A stretch of 64,000 nt of DNA from Neoconidiobolus thromboides FSU 785 (taxonomy: Eukaryota; Fungi; Entomophthoromycota), in contig MU626263.1 in the NCBI GenBank assembly GCA_025603075.1, forward strand, positions 62,001 to 126,000, given 5' to 3'. The number at the start of each line of letters is the position of its first letter. The stretch's first letter is position 1. The notes under the pieces are model-generated. The model saw only the letters and a program-made list of their open reading frames with translations, was not told the DNA's origin and made no database searches. This document shows, one piece after another, positions 1-11,769 of this stretch. A program made the position numbers and the translations under genes.

Positions 1-1423
1 CTTTATTTAGCCCTGAGGTTTCTACTTGCGGGGCTTGGATATTTTCCTTTTTTAAGAGCTCATTTAACTTTGAAGCATATGATTGGCGGCGGATTTGCTC
101 CTCAATACTAGGGTAATGCTTATTCCTCCAACTACTCTCTGTATCACGTATGGTTGAAAGTGGGCTTTTATGCTTATAATGGTTTTTGGCCTCCAAAAGA
201 GATGTTAACGATTTGACTGATTGTGATCTAAAGATATTGACTTGAGCAGAGTTCATCCAACAGCTTATATTAAAATCTAAGCAAGGGTAAATTAAAACTA
301 ATCCTTGAGGGCGGGCTAAAGGCTTTTCCCATTCTAATATTTTATACATTAAAGCAGTTGCAATACTCCCACCTGCAGAGTCACCTACAATGGCTACTGG
401 TATTTCAGTATGATGCTTTTCATTGTTACTGTTAATTGTTGATTCTTTGAGTCCTTTTAATCCTAAGCATTCGCCTTTAGACTCTACAATAGTTCTGTAT
501 GCATCAAAACATTCTTCAATTGCATAAGGGTAAGGAAATTCTGGGGCTTTCTTATAATCGATTGATATAATTGGGACTTTAGTTTCTTTACACCAATATG
601 CCAAATAACTTTCATGGCATTCAGGGGGCATAGTTACAAAGCCTCCCCCAGGAATATCTAAAATTATTGATTTACTATTATAAAGCTCCTTCTCGTTACC
701 TGAGAAATAGATATAAGCTGTGATTGGTTCATCATCAAAAGCATCCTTCCTTGGGCGTGGAATTAATATCTTCTTTTTGACGCCAAACCATGGGCGCAAT
801 AAAGAACTAAGATAATATAAAAAGGGGTTTAATTGTTTTTGCCAGGAGACTCTCATAGCTTCAACGGTAATCATTGAACGAAAATTACGTACTTTAATAT
901 CGGCTTCACGTGGAAAAAATAAATAAAAAAATGTAAAAACTAGTGATAAAAAGTCTCTTAAAATTTTAGGGCGTATTGGCATTGCAGTCCAAAATCCTGC
1001 GTCTAAAGCTGTCAATATCCAAGATGCGCGATAAAAATTTTTATTATACTAAATGTTAATTTAATAAATTATATACATATATATATTACCAGTTGATTTA
1101 AAGGCTCTGGCCCTTCTAATCCAAACAAAAGAAACGTGTTTTTAAAAGAATAAACAAACATTAAAGTCATTATTATAATTTGCAATGGTGAGTATTTTCC
1201 TAATTTCTTGTTCCATTTAACTATGAATGGGTTTATAAAATTGTATCGGTGCGATATTTTGCATAAATGGTATCTAAGTTTAATGGGTATAAGAATGTAT
1301 TTTTTAAACTCATGGTGAAGTTGCTTTTTATAATAAAAATGAAGCTTACCCTCCTACTAATAACAAAAGGGCTTGTAGTCTTCGCCAATTAGCCGAAGGC
1401 TTCCCAATAAGGTGATCAAGCAT
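1..1423 (-). CDS. Hormone-sensitive-lipase-like alpha/beta hydrolase (3' end runs off the window), multi-exon
   Basis: ATG at 1423 gives MLDHLIGKPSANWRRLQ, resembling the N-terminus of fungal HSL-like proteins. Later exons encode IPGGGFV (oxyanion motif), IDYKKAPEFPYPYAIEECF and VGDSAGG (GDSAG nucleophile, ~370-395). Exons are joined by GT-AG introns. Confidence 0.88.
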
Positions 1424-2102
1424 CTTGTAATAATTTAGTTATTAAATAAAAAATTGGAAAGTTTTGTCAAATATAAAAGCTATTGATTTTAAGTCTAAGG
1501 AAGTACAAAAAAATAAAAAATTCAAATTTATAACGCTCATGTTTTCTTTTGAAAATATAACAAATCTTTAATTATAGATTTTCATGTGAAGTTTTGTCAC
1601 TCATTCATAATTTGTGACTGAAATTTTGCATTAATTTTCCTAAATTTAGCCACTTTAAAAACTCAGATTTCTTAATTTATGTCAGTATAAAATGTTTGCA
1701 AAAAATAAAATCAGAGTACACTCAGCTTATACAACTAGCTGATAAAAGATTACTAAATGTTGCTGAAAAACATATTATTGAAATAGTAGGCTTTAAAGTG
1801 AAGACTTATACATACAATTATTTTTTTCAAGAAGCCGCTTTGGAATGTTTTATTTATAGTATATAAAAGCGTTTAACTATAATATCATAGCTCCATAAAT
1901 TTTATTTAACACGTAAAAATAGTAGGGAATATTTGACAAGTTCAATTTCTAGTTTAAAATAGTTATTTGATTTTTATACTATTGATGATTTGATATTCTT
2001 GTTTGAGACTCCTGCTTTCAACAATATAAAAATATGAGATTTATGTCATATATATATTTTTGAAAAGCTTATAATCAAAAAATTAAATAAATAGTACATA
2101 AA

Positions 2103-2196
2103 GGTGTTTTTTTTGGTTTCATCACTTTCCCCATTCCTTAAGCACTATTTGGGCCGAAAGTCTGTTAGTAAAATTCTTAAAGCAAAAATATATCCC
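2103..2196 (-). mobile_element. ~97-bp MITE-like repeat, copy 1
   Basis: Reverse complement matches the by-eye consensus GGGGATGTATTTTTTGTTTAAGAATTTTACTAACAATTTTCCGCTCAAATAGCGCTTAAAAAATGGAAAAAGTGATGAAGCCAAAAAAAACACCCC. Confidence 0.85.
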
Positions 2197-2224
2197 TATG
2201 CAATTCTGTTATTAATGGGTATAT

Positions 2225-2317
2225 GGGGATGTATTTTGTGTTTAAGAATGACTAACAGTTTTTCCACTGAAATGGCGCTTAAAAAATAGAAAAAGTAGTG
2301 AAATCAAAAAAACATCC
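2225..2317 (+). mobile_element. ~97-bp MITE-like repeat, copy 2 (inverted partner of copy 1)
   Basis: ggggatgtattttgtgtttaagaat...aaaaaaacatcc, 28 bp from copy 1 in the opposite orientation. Confidence 0.85.
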
Positions 2318-2376
2318 TTATGTATAAATTTTTTTAAATTTATAAAATATATTTTGTGTTAATTATACTAACAAAA

Positions 2377-2448
2377 AGCATCTTGGCGCAGAGGAAGCGC
2401 GCGGGGCTCATAACCCCGAGGTCGAAGGATCGAAACCTTCAGATGCTA
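2377..2448 (+). tRNA. Initiator tRNA-Met (CAT)
   Basis: 72-nt cloverleaf AGCATCT/AGATGCT with A1-U72, anticodon arm CGGGG-CTCATAA-CCCCG and T-loop ATCGAAA (A54), all eukaryotic initiator hallmarks. Confidence 0.97.
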
Positions 2449-2771
2449 TATCGAAATATTTTATATGCTTAATTTTTTTCCTAATCGTTTCTTGCCTTTG
2501 TTGAGAGGGTTAGAGTTCGATCCTTAAGTAGATTTGTAAATACGCCTCCAAATCCTAACCATCAACCAGTATTTTGTAGAGTTGTATAACTGTTTTCTAT
2601 TAATAGATGACTATAGTCGTTATCTCGTAATTCAATTAAGATGTTGTACATTACTAGTTAAAAAGCTTCTACTAATTCTAGTCTAGACTATTAAAATAAA
2701 TGAATGTTGCCTTAGGTACATAACTCCAAAAATAATAAAATTACCACCATCAAAATACTAAAAAAACAAAC

Positions 2772-2866
2772 GGTGATGTATTTTTTGTTTAAGAATTCTA
2801 CTAACAATTTTTCTGCTCAAATAGTGCTTAAAAACGGAAAAAGTAATGAAACCAAAAAATATCCCC
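2772..2866 (+). mobile_element. ~97-bp MITE-like repeat, copy 3
   Basis: ggtgatgtattttttgtttaagaattctactaacaatttttctgctcaaatagtgcttaaaaacggaaaaagtaatgaaaccaaaaaatatcccc. Confidence 0.85.
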
Positions 2867-3106
2867 AAATAGTAAATAATAAACAGACAAAAGATACTAT
2901 ATTATAATGTATTTTTATTATACTATGATTGAACTAATATATAGATTTAGGATTTATTTTAGTAAAAACATACCTGTCTACCTTCTAACTAATAGCCACA
3001 TAAATTGGCCTCCTGAAAATATCAGGGTATTTTTAAAAGACTGTTTATACTTTTATGAATTTAGTACGCATAACAAGGCATATTAAACCAAGATAAAAGC
3101 ACGATT

Positions 3107-3466
3107 TTAATCATTAATTTCATAGTATCGCTCTACTTTTGTAATACGTACTTTATAAGAAGTATACCATTGTTTTTTACCCAACTTCTGTGCCACTGAA
3201 TGAGCCGCATTTTCTTTCCATTTCTTTATACAATCAAGGTTCTCCCAGTAGGATATTGTAATGCCAAAACCAGATTCATCTCTTGCACTTTCAACACCTA
3301 AATATCCATCTTGTTTTTCTGCCAGTTCACCCATCTTTGCACTCATAGCATCATAACCGTTATCACCCTCGGTACGCTTTGACGAAAATACAACAGCATA
3401 ATAAGGTGGAGTTAAAAGGAGTTTTTCTCTATCAGCGTCTGTTTTAGTTACCATCTCTTTTTTCAT
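3107..3466 (-). CDS. Antibiotic-biosynthesis-monooxygenase (ABM)/heme-degrading family protein, bacterial YqjZ-like, intronless
   Basis: 119 aa with PPYYAVVFSS, GYLGVESAR, GITISYW and H..AQ..GK..WY.SY.VRI.KVER, matching the Bacillus YqjZ-type ABM fold from recall. Confidence 0.9.
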   Translation of the reverse strand: MKKEMVTKTDADREKLLLTPPYYAVVFSSKRTEGDNGYDAMSAKMGELAEKQDGYLGVESARDESGFGITISYWENLDCIKKWKENAAHSVAQKLGKKQWYTSYKVRITKVERYYEIND

Positions 3467-4297
3467 TTGTTATGTTGAAGCTAAGCTTCTTATATTTATA
3501 GTACAAACCTTCAATAAGCAAGTGATAAAAGATAATTGGAGAAACTGATCTATTATACTAAGAAAATAGCGCAGCATCTCACCAATCATTCATCTAATCT
3601 TTAAATCAATCATACATAAAGGTTTTATGTAGCTTTCACCATAAAAGCAGTATATCACACCAACTATACAATGGTTCAATTGTTTTATGTTTACTTTATA
3701 CCTATAATAGTAACCAACTCAATTTTAGTCACCTTTTTAAATAACAAACTACCTGATTGATTAAAATATAATAGCTTATTAACGCGGTTATTTTTGATTA
3801 GTAATACATTTTTATATTGATCTGGTTTAATAAGTGTTTACATATAAAATAGTAAACTTAAAAACAGAAGCGGTTTTAAGTAAATGAAAAGACTAGGGTG
3901 TTGAGCGTTGGTCTATGTTTAGTCAAACAACCTTATTCTTTATAGCTTAATAGTGACGTGGATATATTTGGTATCAAACAATTATTGAACGAAATCAAAA
4001 CATTTAGCGAATAGTTTATATCAATAGTTACAAAAATCAGATTATCATTATAAACACTTTTTAAAGTTTTTGATATTGTATTCATAAAAGCTCAAAATTA
4101 AAACCAGAATAAGCTATGCTTTTGTTTTTAGCATAGTTTACACTTGCAGCTCTCGCAAGATATTTATTATGAAAATAAAGCAATATACGATTTGTTAACT
4201 GTCAAGATACATATGGTCATATGATTACTAAGGTAGCGGCTATATATTCAGCAATGTCATTAGCGTTTGTTTATTGCTTTTGGGAACAAAATGCACA

Positions 4298-5074
4298 TCA
4301 TCCAAAGATACAACTTAATGTTAGTTGTATGATGAAATTAAATAGGGGTATAATCAAAAAAGACCAAATGTTGGAAAACAGTAGATTGATAGTGGGATAA
4401 AGCAGATTATTCAGAGACCTTTTGACTAACCAGCTAATTATATTGTTGTTTGAAACATACAGTGAGGGAGTAGAATACATGAAATCAAAACTATTTAATC
4501 TAACATCATGGTGTTGGTTTCGAAATAAAACATTTTTGATATTAATATAAAAATATAAAAATATAACGAAATTAAAAAAATATATGTATTTCAGCTTAAT
4601 TTTCAATTTTATCTTATTTCCTGATAGATTCTGTTTAAGTGAAAGTTCTATTCTATCAGTGTTTTCATCTTTATCTTTCCGTTTAAACACTCCCTTAACT
4701 TTACTTCTCATTTGATCTAAAATGTAAATCAACTTTTCTTTTTTTGTCCTATTTACTTTGTTTTTTATCTCCAAGATAAAATATTGAGCTTTTTTACGAT
4801 CTTTATCATTTTGTTTCTGTTTGTCTTTATAATTATATATCTTCTTCCTTAAAAATTGATTGAAGGTTAAATCAATTATTAATAAACCAACTGTTGATAA
4901 TAGTAAATTGTAAAAGATATCAAAATAAAATAAAATAGGGAAAAAAGTAATAATTACAAAGATAACACCACTGTAAATCAGTTTGCTTTCTTTGTTGATA
5001 ATCCAATAAATAAATCTCAGATATATATTAAAGAAAAATAGCCCTCTATCAATAATCGAGTTATAGCCTAGCAT
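4298..5074 (-). CDS. Hypothetical membrane protein (~258 aa), intronless, no recognised family
   Basis: Long stop-free frame in very AT-rich DNA, ATG at 5074 (MLGYNSIIDRG). Hydrophobic segments flank a Lys/Asp-rich loop. Confidence 0.5.
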   Translation of the reverse strand: MLGYNSIIDRGLFFFNIYLRFIYWIINKESKLIYSGVIFVIITFFPILFYFDIFYNLLLSTVGLLIIDLTFNQFLRKKIYNYKDKQKQNDKDRKKAQYFILEIKNKVNRTKKEKLIYILDQMRSKVKGVFKRKDKDENTDRIELSLKQNLSGNKIKLKIKLKYIYFFNFVIFLYFYINIKNVLFRNQHHDVRLNSFDFMYSTPSLYVSNNNIISWLVKRSLNNLLYPTINLLFSNIWSFLIIPLFNFIIQLTLSCIFG

Positions 5075-5309
5075 GTTAAAAATCAATAGTATTTTTCAAA
5101 TTAAGTTTTTTCTAGTTAGTTTATATTTGACCGTTATTTTTCATTTTTATTCCTTTTCAAGAATAAATTAATTGGAATAGTTGATTTCCGTTTTCAAAGA
5201 TAAAGGTTAATAAATAAAAACATTTATCATTTTGTGTCACTATTTCACAATATCAAGTATCAAATAAATTTAAAATAAGATTAAGTCTTTAAAATAGTCT
5301 ATTAAAGCA

Positions 5310-8300
5310 TTATAATATTTCTAACTTCCACTTTCCGTTGAGAACGAGGGTAGGTTTGGGTACAATTTGAATTGGATTTCCATCTTCACCTTTAGATCTC
5401 TATACAAAATTAATATACTTTTAACATACAACTACTAAAAATTACCGCTATTAACAATTCTAAATTGCTGGATGGTTCTGCAGGCTTATAAATCCAATCT
5501 AAATCATTATTCAAGTCATTTAATACTTCTTCAAATAACTCTTGTAATTTTCTAGCTTCATCAAATAATGATAAAGTAGTTAATCCAATCAAGATTAACT
5601 TTATGTCAGCTACAAAAATAAATACCTAATATTTATAACTATTATATATTTTACCTTGCATATTATTGGCTCTTTCTACTAATCGACTTATGGATGCTAG
5701 CAAATACTCATACTCAAATACACTACCTTTCTTTCCGCGATTCTTTTTTCTTTCCAATTTTCTTCTACTTTTACCTGTCTTACTATTATATATAATTAAT
5801 AAGCATTAAGAATAATAATAGATATATTATAATCTTACGTGCTACCCATAGATTGATTGGTAATATTGGTTGAAGCGTGTGTATAGACTGTGTAATTGAA
5901 AGCTGAAGTAGCATCTGATTGAATTTCTACATTTTCTAACCCAGGGGCATCAAAATCTAATATATTATTTATTGGATTAAGTTAATAAGTTAATCATGTA
6001 ATTTACCTGGAATAGTTGGAGGAGGTAGGTTTTGAAGTTCGTGAACACGTGTTCTCTGTTTACTGAATTGGTCAGACATGTCATTCAAATCTTCAGTTAT
6101 TTGTTCAAGGTCTTGATAATAATTAAAAAAGCTTAAGCATTAACTAAATATAACTTACTTGTAATAATTGCTGGTTTGATATCAGTTTCAACGAGATCCT
6201 TACGATTAGAAGTCTCAGACTAAAATCGTTAGTAAGTCATAATAATAAATCATAATAAATAAGAATTACATTGATAATTGCATTAGTCCAAAGATGCCCT
6301 TCTAATAAGCAGGCAGTTGCTTCTTCGGGATCCTAACAAGGTTCAGGAAATAAAATAATACTAAAATTTATTACCTTTTTATATTTTTCAATAATACTAA
6401 ATGCTTCAAGGTGTCGATTGTGATGTTTGAGGTAGCCTAAATTAAACAGATAATTAAAAAATTAAAGCATGAAAAAAAGCACGTACTGATTAAGTCATCA
6501 ACCACTTCTAAGACTTGCTCATCGGAATAATTTAGTGCTTTAGTACAAATAAGGGCTTGTTGCCAGTTACCAACTTTCAATAAAGATGGTAAAGCATTTT
6601 GGTAATCCATAATGGCCAAATAAGCTAACAAAGTAAATAAAGTAGATCTAGTTAAATATTAAATAAAATTTTACCTGTTCCAGCATCTTGATATTTCTTT
6701 GAGCTATGGAGATAGGCAGCAAAAGAAGACATGATAATCTAAATTTTTATTAATTTGCATTTTTACTTAAAGTTAGCATTACCTTGTATTGTTCGCTATT
6801 TCGTTCATATAATTTCAATGCTTGTTGATATAATGAATGCTCCTTAATAAAACTAAGACATTCTTCAAAATTATCATCTTTACAAAGGTTAAAACAAAGT
6901 ATAAAGAAAACACAGTAATAGTTACCTGCTCTTGAAATATTTTGCAATGCTTTATCAAATCTTTTGAGATGTTGATCTATCTTGAATTTTTGGTAATTGG
7001 GTTCAAGTTTTTTAAGCTCATCTAAGAATGGAAGATATTCTTTAGGATCCTAAAACAATTTAGTATATGAGTGAATTTTATGTGGGTTAATTACTTTTTG
7101 AGAATGTTTGGCCACCATAATAACCAGACTAAAATCATACATCCCTAAAGCGACATCATAAAGCTGATCAACATTAGCCAAAAATATCGCATATTTGAGT
7201 GTCTTTTCAGCAAAAGTGGGGTCTTTATCTAGTAATTTATTAGTTCTATTACCATTGCCTATAGCTATAATACCTTTCAAGTCTTTTAATAGTGAAAGTA
7301 TAGATTCTAAATCAGCAGGAAGTTGACGTGCATAAGTTGTAATAATGGTTTGTACATATTGTTTTATATCCTTATCTTTCAAGGCATCACGGACTGCTGC
7401 ACATATTAAATTAACTTTATTTGGATAAGCAGTTAAATCCTTTAAGTCGCTATTGCCTGAATACTTATACCTTGGGTATTTTGTATTGATAACATTATCA
7501 TCTCTTAACGTTGAAACAAATAAATTGAGGTAATCTGGATCATTAACTTGATCAACAAACATTTGCATATCTTGTAAAAGTGACGTAGGATTTTCATCAA
7601 ATAATACATTTAAGTCGATTCTATGCTTACGACATTGTATAAAAGCATTGGAATATGATTTGCTGATTGAAATCAGTAAAGGAAACTAGTGACAAAAAAT
7701 AAAGTACCTTTGAAGTGATTCTCTAACAGAAGCTAAAACTAAAGCGCGAGGGTTGATAGTTTCTAAATTACCCCTGGGCATCTTTGATACAAGTTAAGTT
7801 AAGCTTAAGTAAAAAAGATAAAAATTACTTGTAAAATCAAAGAAACATCATGTGGTGCAACTGAAATGATTTTGCTTCCTCTTTCTAAATTTCTAGAATA
7901 TGGCTCCAATTCTTTACTCAATTCAGAAGGAGGATTTTCTAAAATTTATTAATAAAAAAAACTTAAAAATGAATAATCTATACCATATAAATTAGCATTA
8001 ATAGGTAAAAATCTTGCTACATGATCACTAGTGGTATATACTAAAAACTCATTATGAATAGCAAAAGAAGTACAATTTGAATCAATCAAAATTTGATTTA
8101 TGTATAATCTATTGCTTGAGCTTAGAGCAGCAACTTTTAACTACCAAAAAGATTAAAAAATAATTCAAGGAACAAAAACTTATTTACATCGCTATATTCA
8201 TCGTATTTTACAGCTTGGAACAAAGTACATTTTTCACTTAATCCCAATTCAAATTCTAACTCATTATCCTTTCCTTTAACTTAAAAGTGGCATAAATATA

Positions 8301-10069
8301 GATTATTAAAAAATATTATTATTAATTACTTCGATAAATTTTTCCATCGTTAAACTGAATTATTGGCTCATTTGAACCTTCTTGGTGGATTATTTTGATA
8401 ACCGGTGATGAGCATTCTATTTTATCTACCAATTCAAAATTCTTACTATTTTCACTTATCGAAAATTTAGCAACATAATCCTTTAAATTCAAAGTGCAGT
8501 AACCAAGGGCATATATTTCGTTTTCAGAACTATAACATAATTGTCTATATTTTATGCTATCACTTAAATCTACTTCAGATAAGTTACCAACTTTTTTAAT
8601 TTCAGGTGGGGTAATTTTCTTCTTGCTAATCTCTTCAAATTTAACAACATAAAGATTCTGGTCAAAGTCTAAAACAGCAATTCTGTTTCCATGGTCAAAG
8701 TTAGAAAATGAAATGTGTTGTATTGAAACTGGAAATTTGGGTTGGAAAGCACTCATTGGCGGAGGTACATTTCTATATCTGAAAGGAGTTAAGTATAAAT
8801 CCTTTCCATTAATCACTGCAGTAGTTAATGAATTCTCAATTGACAAATTGTTACTATTTAATACTTCCCAGTCAAAATCAAGACTTAAAAATTCACTTCC
8901 AGCAAAATTGATTGCTATATTTAAAGGAATTTCTGGATGAAATATAAAATGAATATTATTATTATACTCTGGTAAAGGCAAATCATATTTCAAGTACCAA
9001 AAATAATTGTTAACATACCAGAACTGTAAATAAAATTCTGCTGATGCGCCTTCATTTTTTTGTACTAATAGTGCCAAGATTGTCGAATCACAATTCCATT
9101 TAAGTTCTAATACTCTTTTTACATCAGTAGGAAGTGTGAATTCACCATGTCTTAAGCCATTCTTTTCAAAGAAAACTACTTGGTATCTATGAGGAAGTCT
9201 TTGAGTAGAAGCTATAAGACTGCCTGAAGGCTTCCAAAAGACGTTATGCTCCAATTTGTCAATCAATTCTGTTGAGTTTTGAAGCATTCCTTCACGATCA
9301 TATACCTTCATTATTCGAATATTTTTTACATTATCAATCAAAGAACAAACTAAGAAATTCCCATCCCCTCTCCAAGATAATCTTGGTTTTAAATCATCAT
9401 CTTGGGATAAAGTAAAAGTAGAATGATCAACTGTTTCTTTTGCTGCTTGTTTACCAACTGAACCGTGAAATTGGGTTTCCTTTTTCCCCCATCCTACATT
9501 TACATATTCTTCCTGTAGTTCTTCATCCTCATGGATTTGTTTTTCAGATATAACTTCGAAATCTTTAGTCATAATTATTAGCTTATTTTCGGAAGTATAA
9601 GTAGCAAATAACTCCTCATCAGGACTCCATGAAACTGCCAATATACCGGGTTCAATTGAGCCTATATTATCAACCTTGAAACTTAATAAATATTCAAAAA
9701 AATGATTAAATTCTTACATTATCTGGTTCATCTAATTTAATGCTATATATTTCTCCATTGGAAAGAAATAAGCAAATATTTTCGGTATCAAGTAGAAAAT
9801 TTAAGCAAATAATTTCAATTTCATCATCGCTTATTACTGGAAAACTAGTAATTTCTTTTACTTCTTCATTTTTCTAATATCGTTATTATTTATATTTCTC
9901 GACTTATAATAATGTTTACCAAAATAGAATTTATAACACAGGTGTCTTCGTTCACTATACTTGCAACAAAAGTTATTTTGTTTATTGGATCATAGCATAT
10001 TTTACTACTCTTTGAACTACTGGTTGATACATGAGCTCTATTTTCGTTTAATAATACTAAACTTTTCAT
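5310..10069 (-). CDS. ELP1: Elongator complex subunit 1 (IKI3/IKBKAP), multi-exon
   Basis: ATG 10069 (MKSLVLL). Exons encode WSPDEEL, GWGKKETQFHGSVGK, LSWRGDG, FFEKNGLRHGEF, VPPPMS, YDVALGMYDFSLV..VA..SQKDPKEYLPFL, and end NGKWKLEIL* (stop 5310-5312). Confidence 0.97.
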
Positions 10070-10460
10070 TTCGATTCTATATTCTTTCTATTGTTCAAGT
10101 AATTTAATAAACAAGTTTTTCAAAAAAAATTAATTTTAATCTTTTTGCAAAAATGGATCAATCAAATAATTTAATTACTTTAGCTTAACTGCTTATTTTA
10201 TAAAATTACATTTAGGTTTGTAAAAACTTAAATAAAAGCATTATAATTTACAACTTTAAAAATAATATTAGAATGTTTTATTTTTCCGCTTATTTTAACA
10301 ACTTGGGCAATATTAAATAAAAATACTATTTTATATAGAGATAATTTTTAAATTATTTTTAAATTAAGCTGAAACCAACCTTATTTAAACTTTAAAGTTT
10401 TTGAATTAAAAAATATCGATACTTTATAAAAATAATTCAATTAAAATAGAATATTTTTAA

Positions 10461-10482
10461 TTAAATACAAAAATACATCCCC
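10461..10482 (-). mobile_element. Terminal remnant of the MITE-like repeat (GGGGATG end)
   Basis: ttaaatacaaaaatacatcccc followed by atat matches the consensus left end in reverse orientation. Confidence 0.55.
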
Positions 10483-11140
10483 ATATTGTAAATTAGCAGA
10501 ATTTTTAAATTTAATAGAAATTCCCAGATTGAAAAGCCTTTTAGTAATACAATCTATATATTGATAATTAATCAAAGCTACAATATAGAAATAAATATAT
10601 ATTTCTATAAGACTCCATTGAGAGATATTTACTATTAACTGATTTATAGTCAACATTGCAGATTTTCTATCAAATAAATAAATTATAGACTAATAAATAA
10701 CTAGATAAAAAAGGAGTAGTTAGCCTCAAAACTATAGTTAACTGTTTTTATATAATGTAAGTGATATAATAGTTTTTGTTATTATAGTTACTTACCTTTT
10801 AACTATTTATTCACTTATTTACTAATAACTCGAATAATATTAACATTTAATAACTAGTTTTTATTATCTAATAAACTATTCACTTATTTAGTAAATATTA
10901 AAATTTTTGGATTTTTGTTATCTTTATAAGATAAGCTAAGATTGATCTTAATTTTTTTATTTTCTATAGACTTTATAACTTTAATTAGAATAATGTCACT
11001 TTTTCTAATCTATCAGATACTGGATAATAATATAATTTATTATTATATTTAATAAAATTTAAATATTTTTTAATATTCAACATTTCTGTTATTGCTTTTA
11101 TACTTTTATACTTTTATACTTTTTAAAAATTACATCTTTT
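10483..11140. repeat. Degenerate dispersed repeat, segments A+C; inverted homologue of ~32400-32850 and ~33335-33534
   Basis: atattgtaaattagcagaattttt...caacattgca and tttctatagactttataactttaatt...gatactggat align with the reverse complement of the 32.4-33.5 kb region. Confidence 0.8.
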
Positions 11141-11440
11141 TTTTACTACATTTACAAAAATCTCAAATTTCAAAACTAATTAATATTTTCTATTTTACTT
11201 AGCACTTTAAAGCTATTTTTCCATTGTAAAAAACTTCTAAAATGTTTATCAGCTGTATATTTTTTACAATACTTGGCAAAAAAATCAAGCTCATTCCATC
11301 TGCCTATATACTAATTTTTATAAATTTTTATAAATTTTTTAAATAAAAGCTTTTTAAACATTAAATTAATTAAATAGTCTCCTATATTTATTCAATTATA
11401 ACTTAATGTTTCAAATAAACAGTCCAAATAAGCTTCATTT

Positions 11441-11496
11441 ATTATTTTATTATTTTATTATTTTATTATTTTATTATTTTATTATTTTACTATTTT
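11441..11496. repeat. (ATTATTTT)n minisatellite, 6 perfect units plus 1 variant
   Basis: Direct reading of the tandem 8-mer. Confidence 0.9.
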
Positions 11497-11615
11497 TAAA
11501 TATAAAATACTGAACTTTAATACTAATATAGCTTATTTATTATAGTGATCTAAATTTATTAAATTTAATCTTATTTTTATTTCTATATTCTGTTTAAAAT
11601 TTAGAATTATTATTT

Positions 11616-11714
11616 GGGGATGTATTTTTATGTTTAAGAATTTTACTAACAAATTTTCCGCTTAAATAACAGTTAAAAAATGGAAAAAATAATGAAGTCA
11701 AAAAAAACACTCCC
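11616..11714 (+). mobile_element. ~97-bp MITE-like repeat, copy 4 (ACTCCC-end subtype)
   Basis: ggggatgtatttttatgtttaagaattttactaacaaattttccgcttaaat...aaaaaaacactccc; very similar to copy 9. Confidence 0.88.
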
Positions 11715-11769
11715 ATTTAATTTTTTAACACTTTTACTATATATTTTTTTAAATGCTAATATAAAGTTT

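Noticed and set aside
2104-2289. ORF-track ORFs running through MITE copies (also 34040-34231, 44829-45029, 45097-45288)
   Set aside because: Their shared peptide look comes from translating the same repeat. Starts, stops and frames differ between copies, so there is no sign of selection.
2103-2317. Repeat-spacer-repeat pattern reminiscent of a CRISPR array
   Set aside because: The units are ~97 bp, inverted and dispersed rather than tandem direct repeats; there are no cas genes and the context is eukaryotic.
4130-4300. CAFC...CESCKCKLC on the minus strand resembling a PiggyBac Cys-rich domain or TnpB zinc finger
   Set aside because: The spacing is too long, several stops intervene, and there are no DDE or RuvC motifs nearby.
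7215-7275. In-frame, stop-free short introns read through by the ORF track (ELP1 45 nt; DusA 57 nt)
   Set aside because: They have normal GT-AG ends and splicing restores the conserved protein; retention cannot be argued without RNA data.
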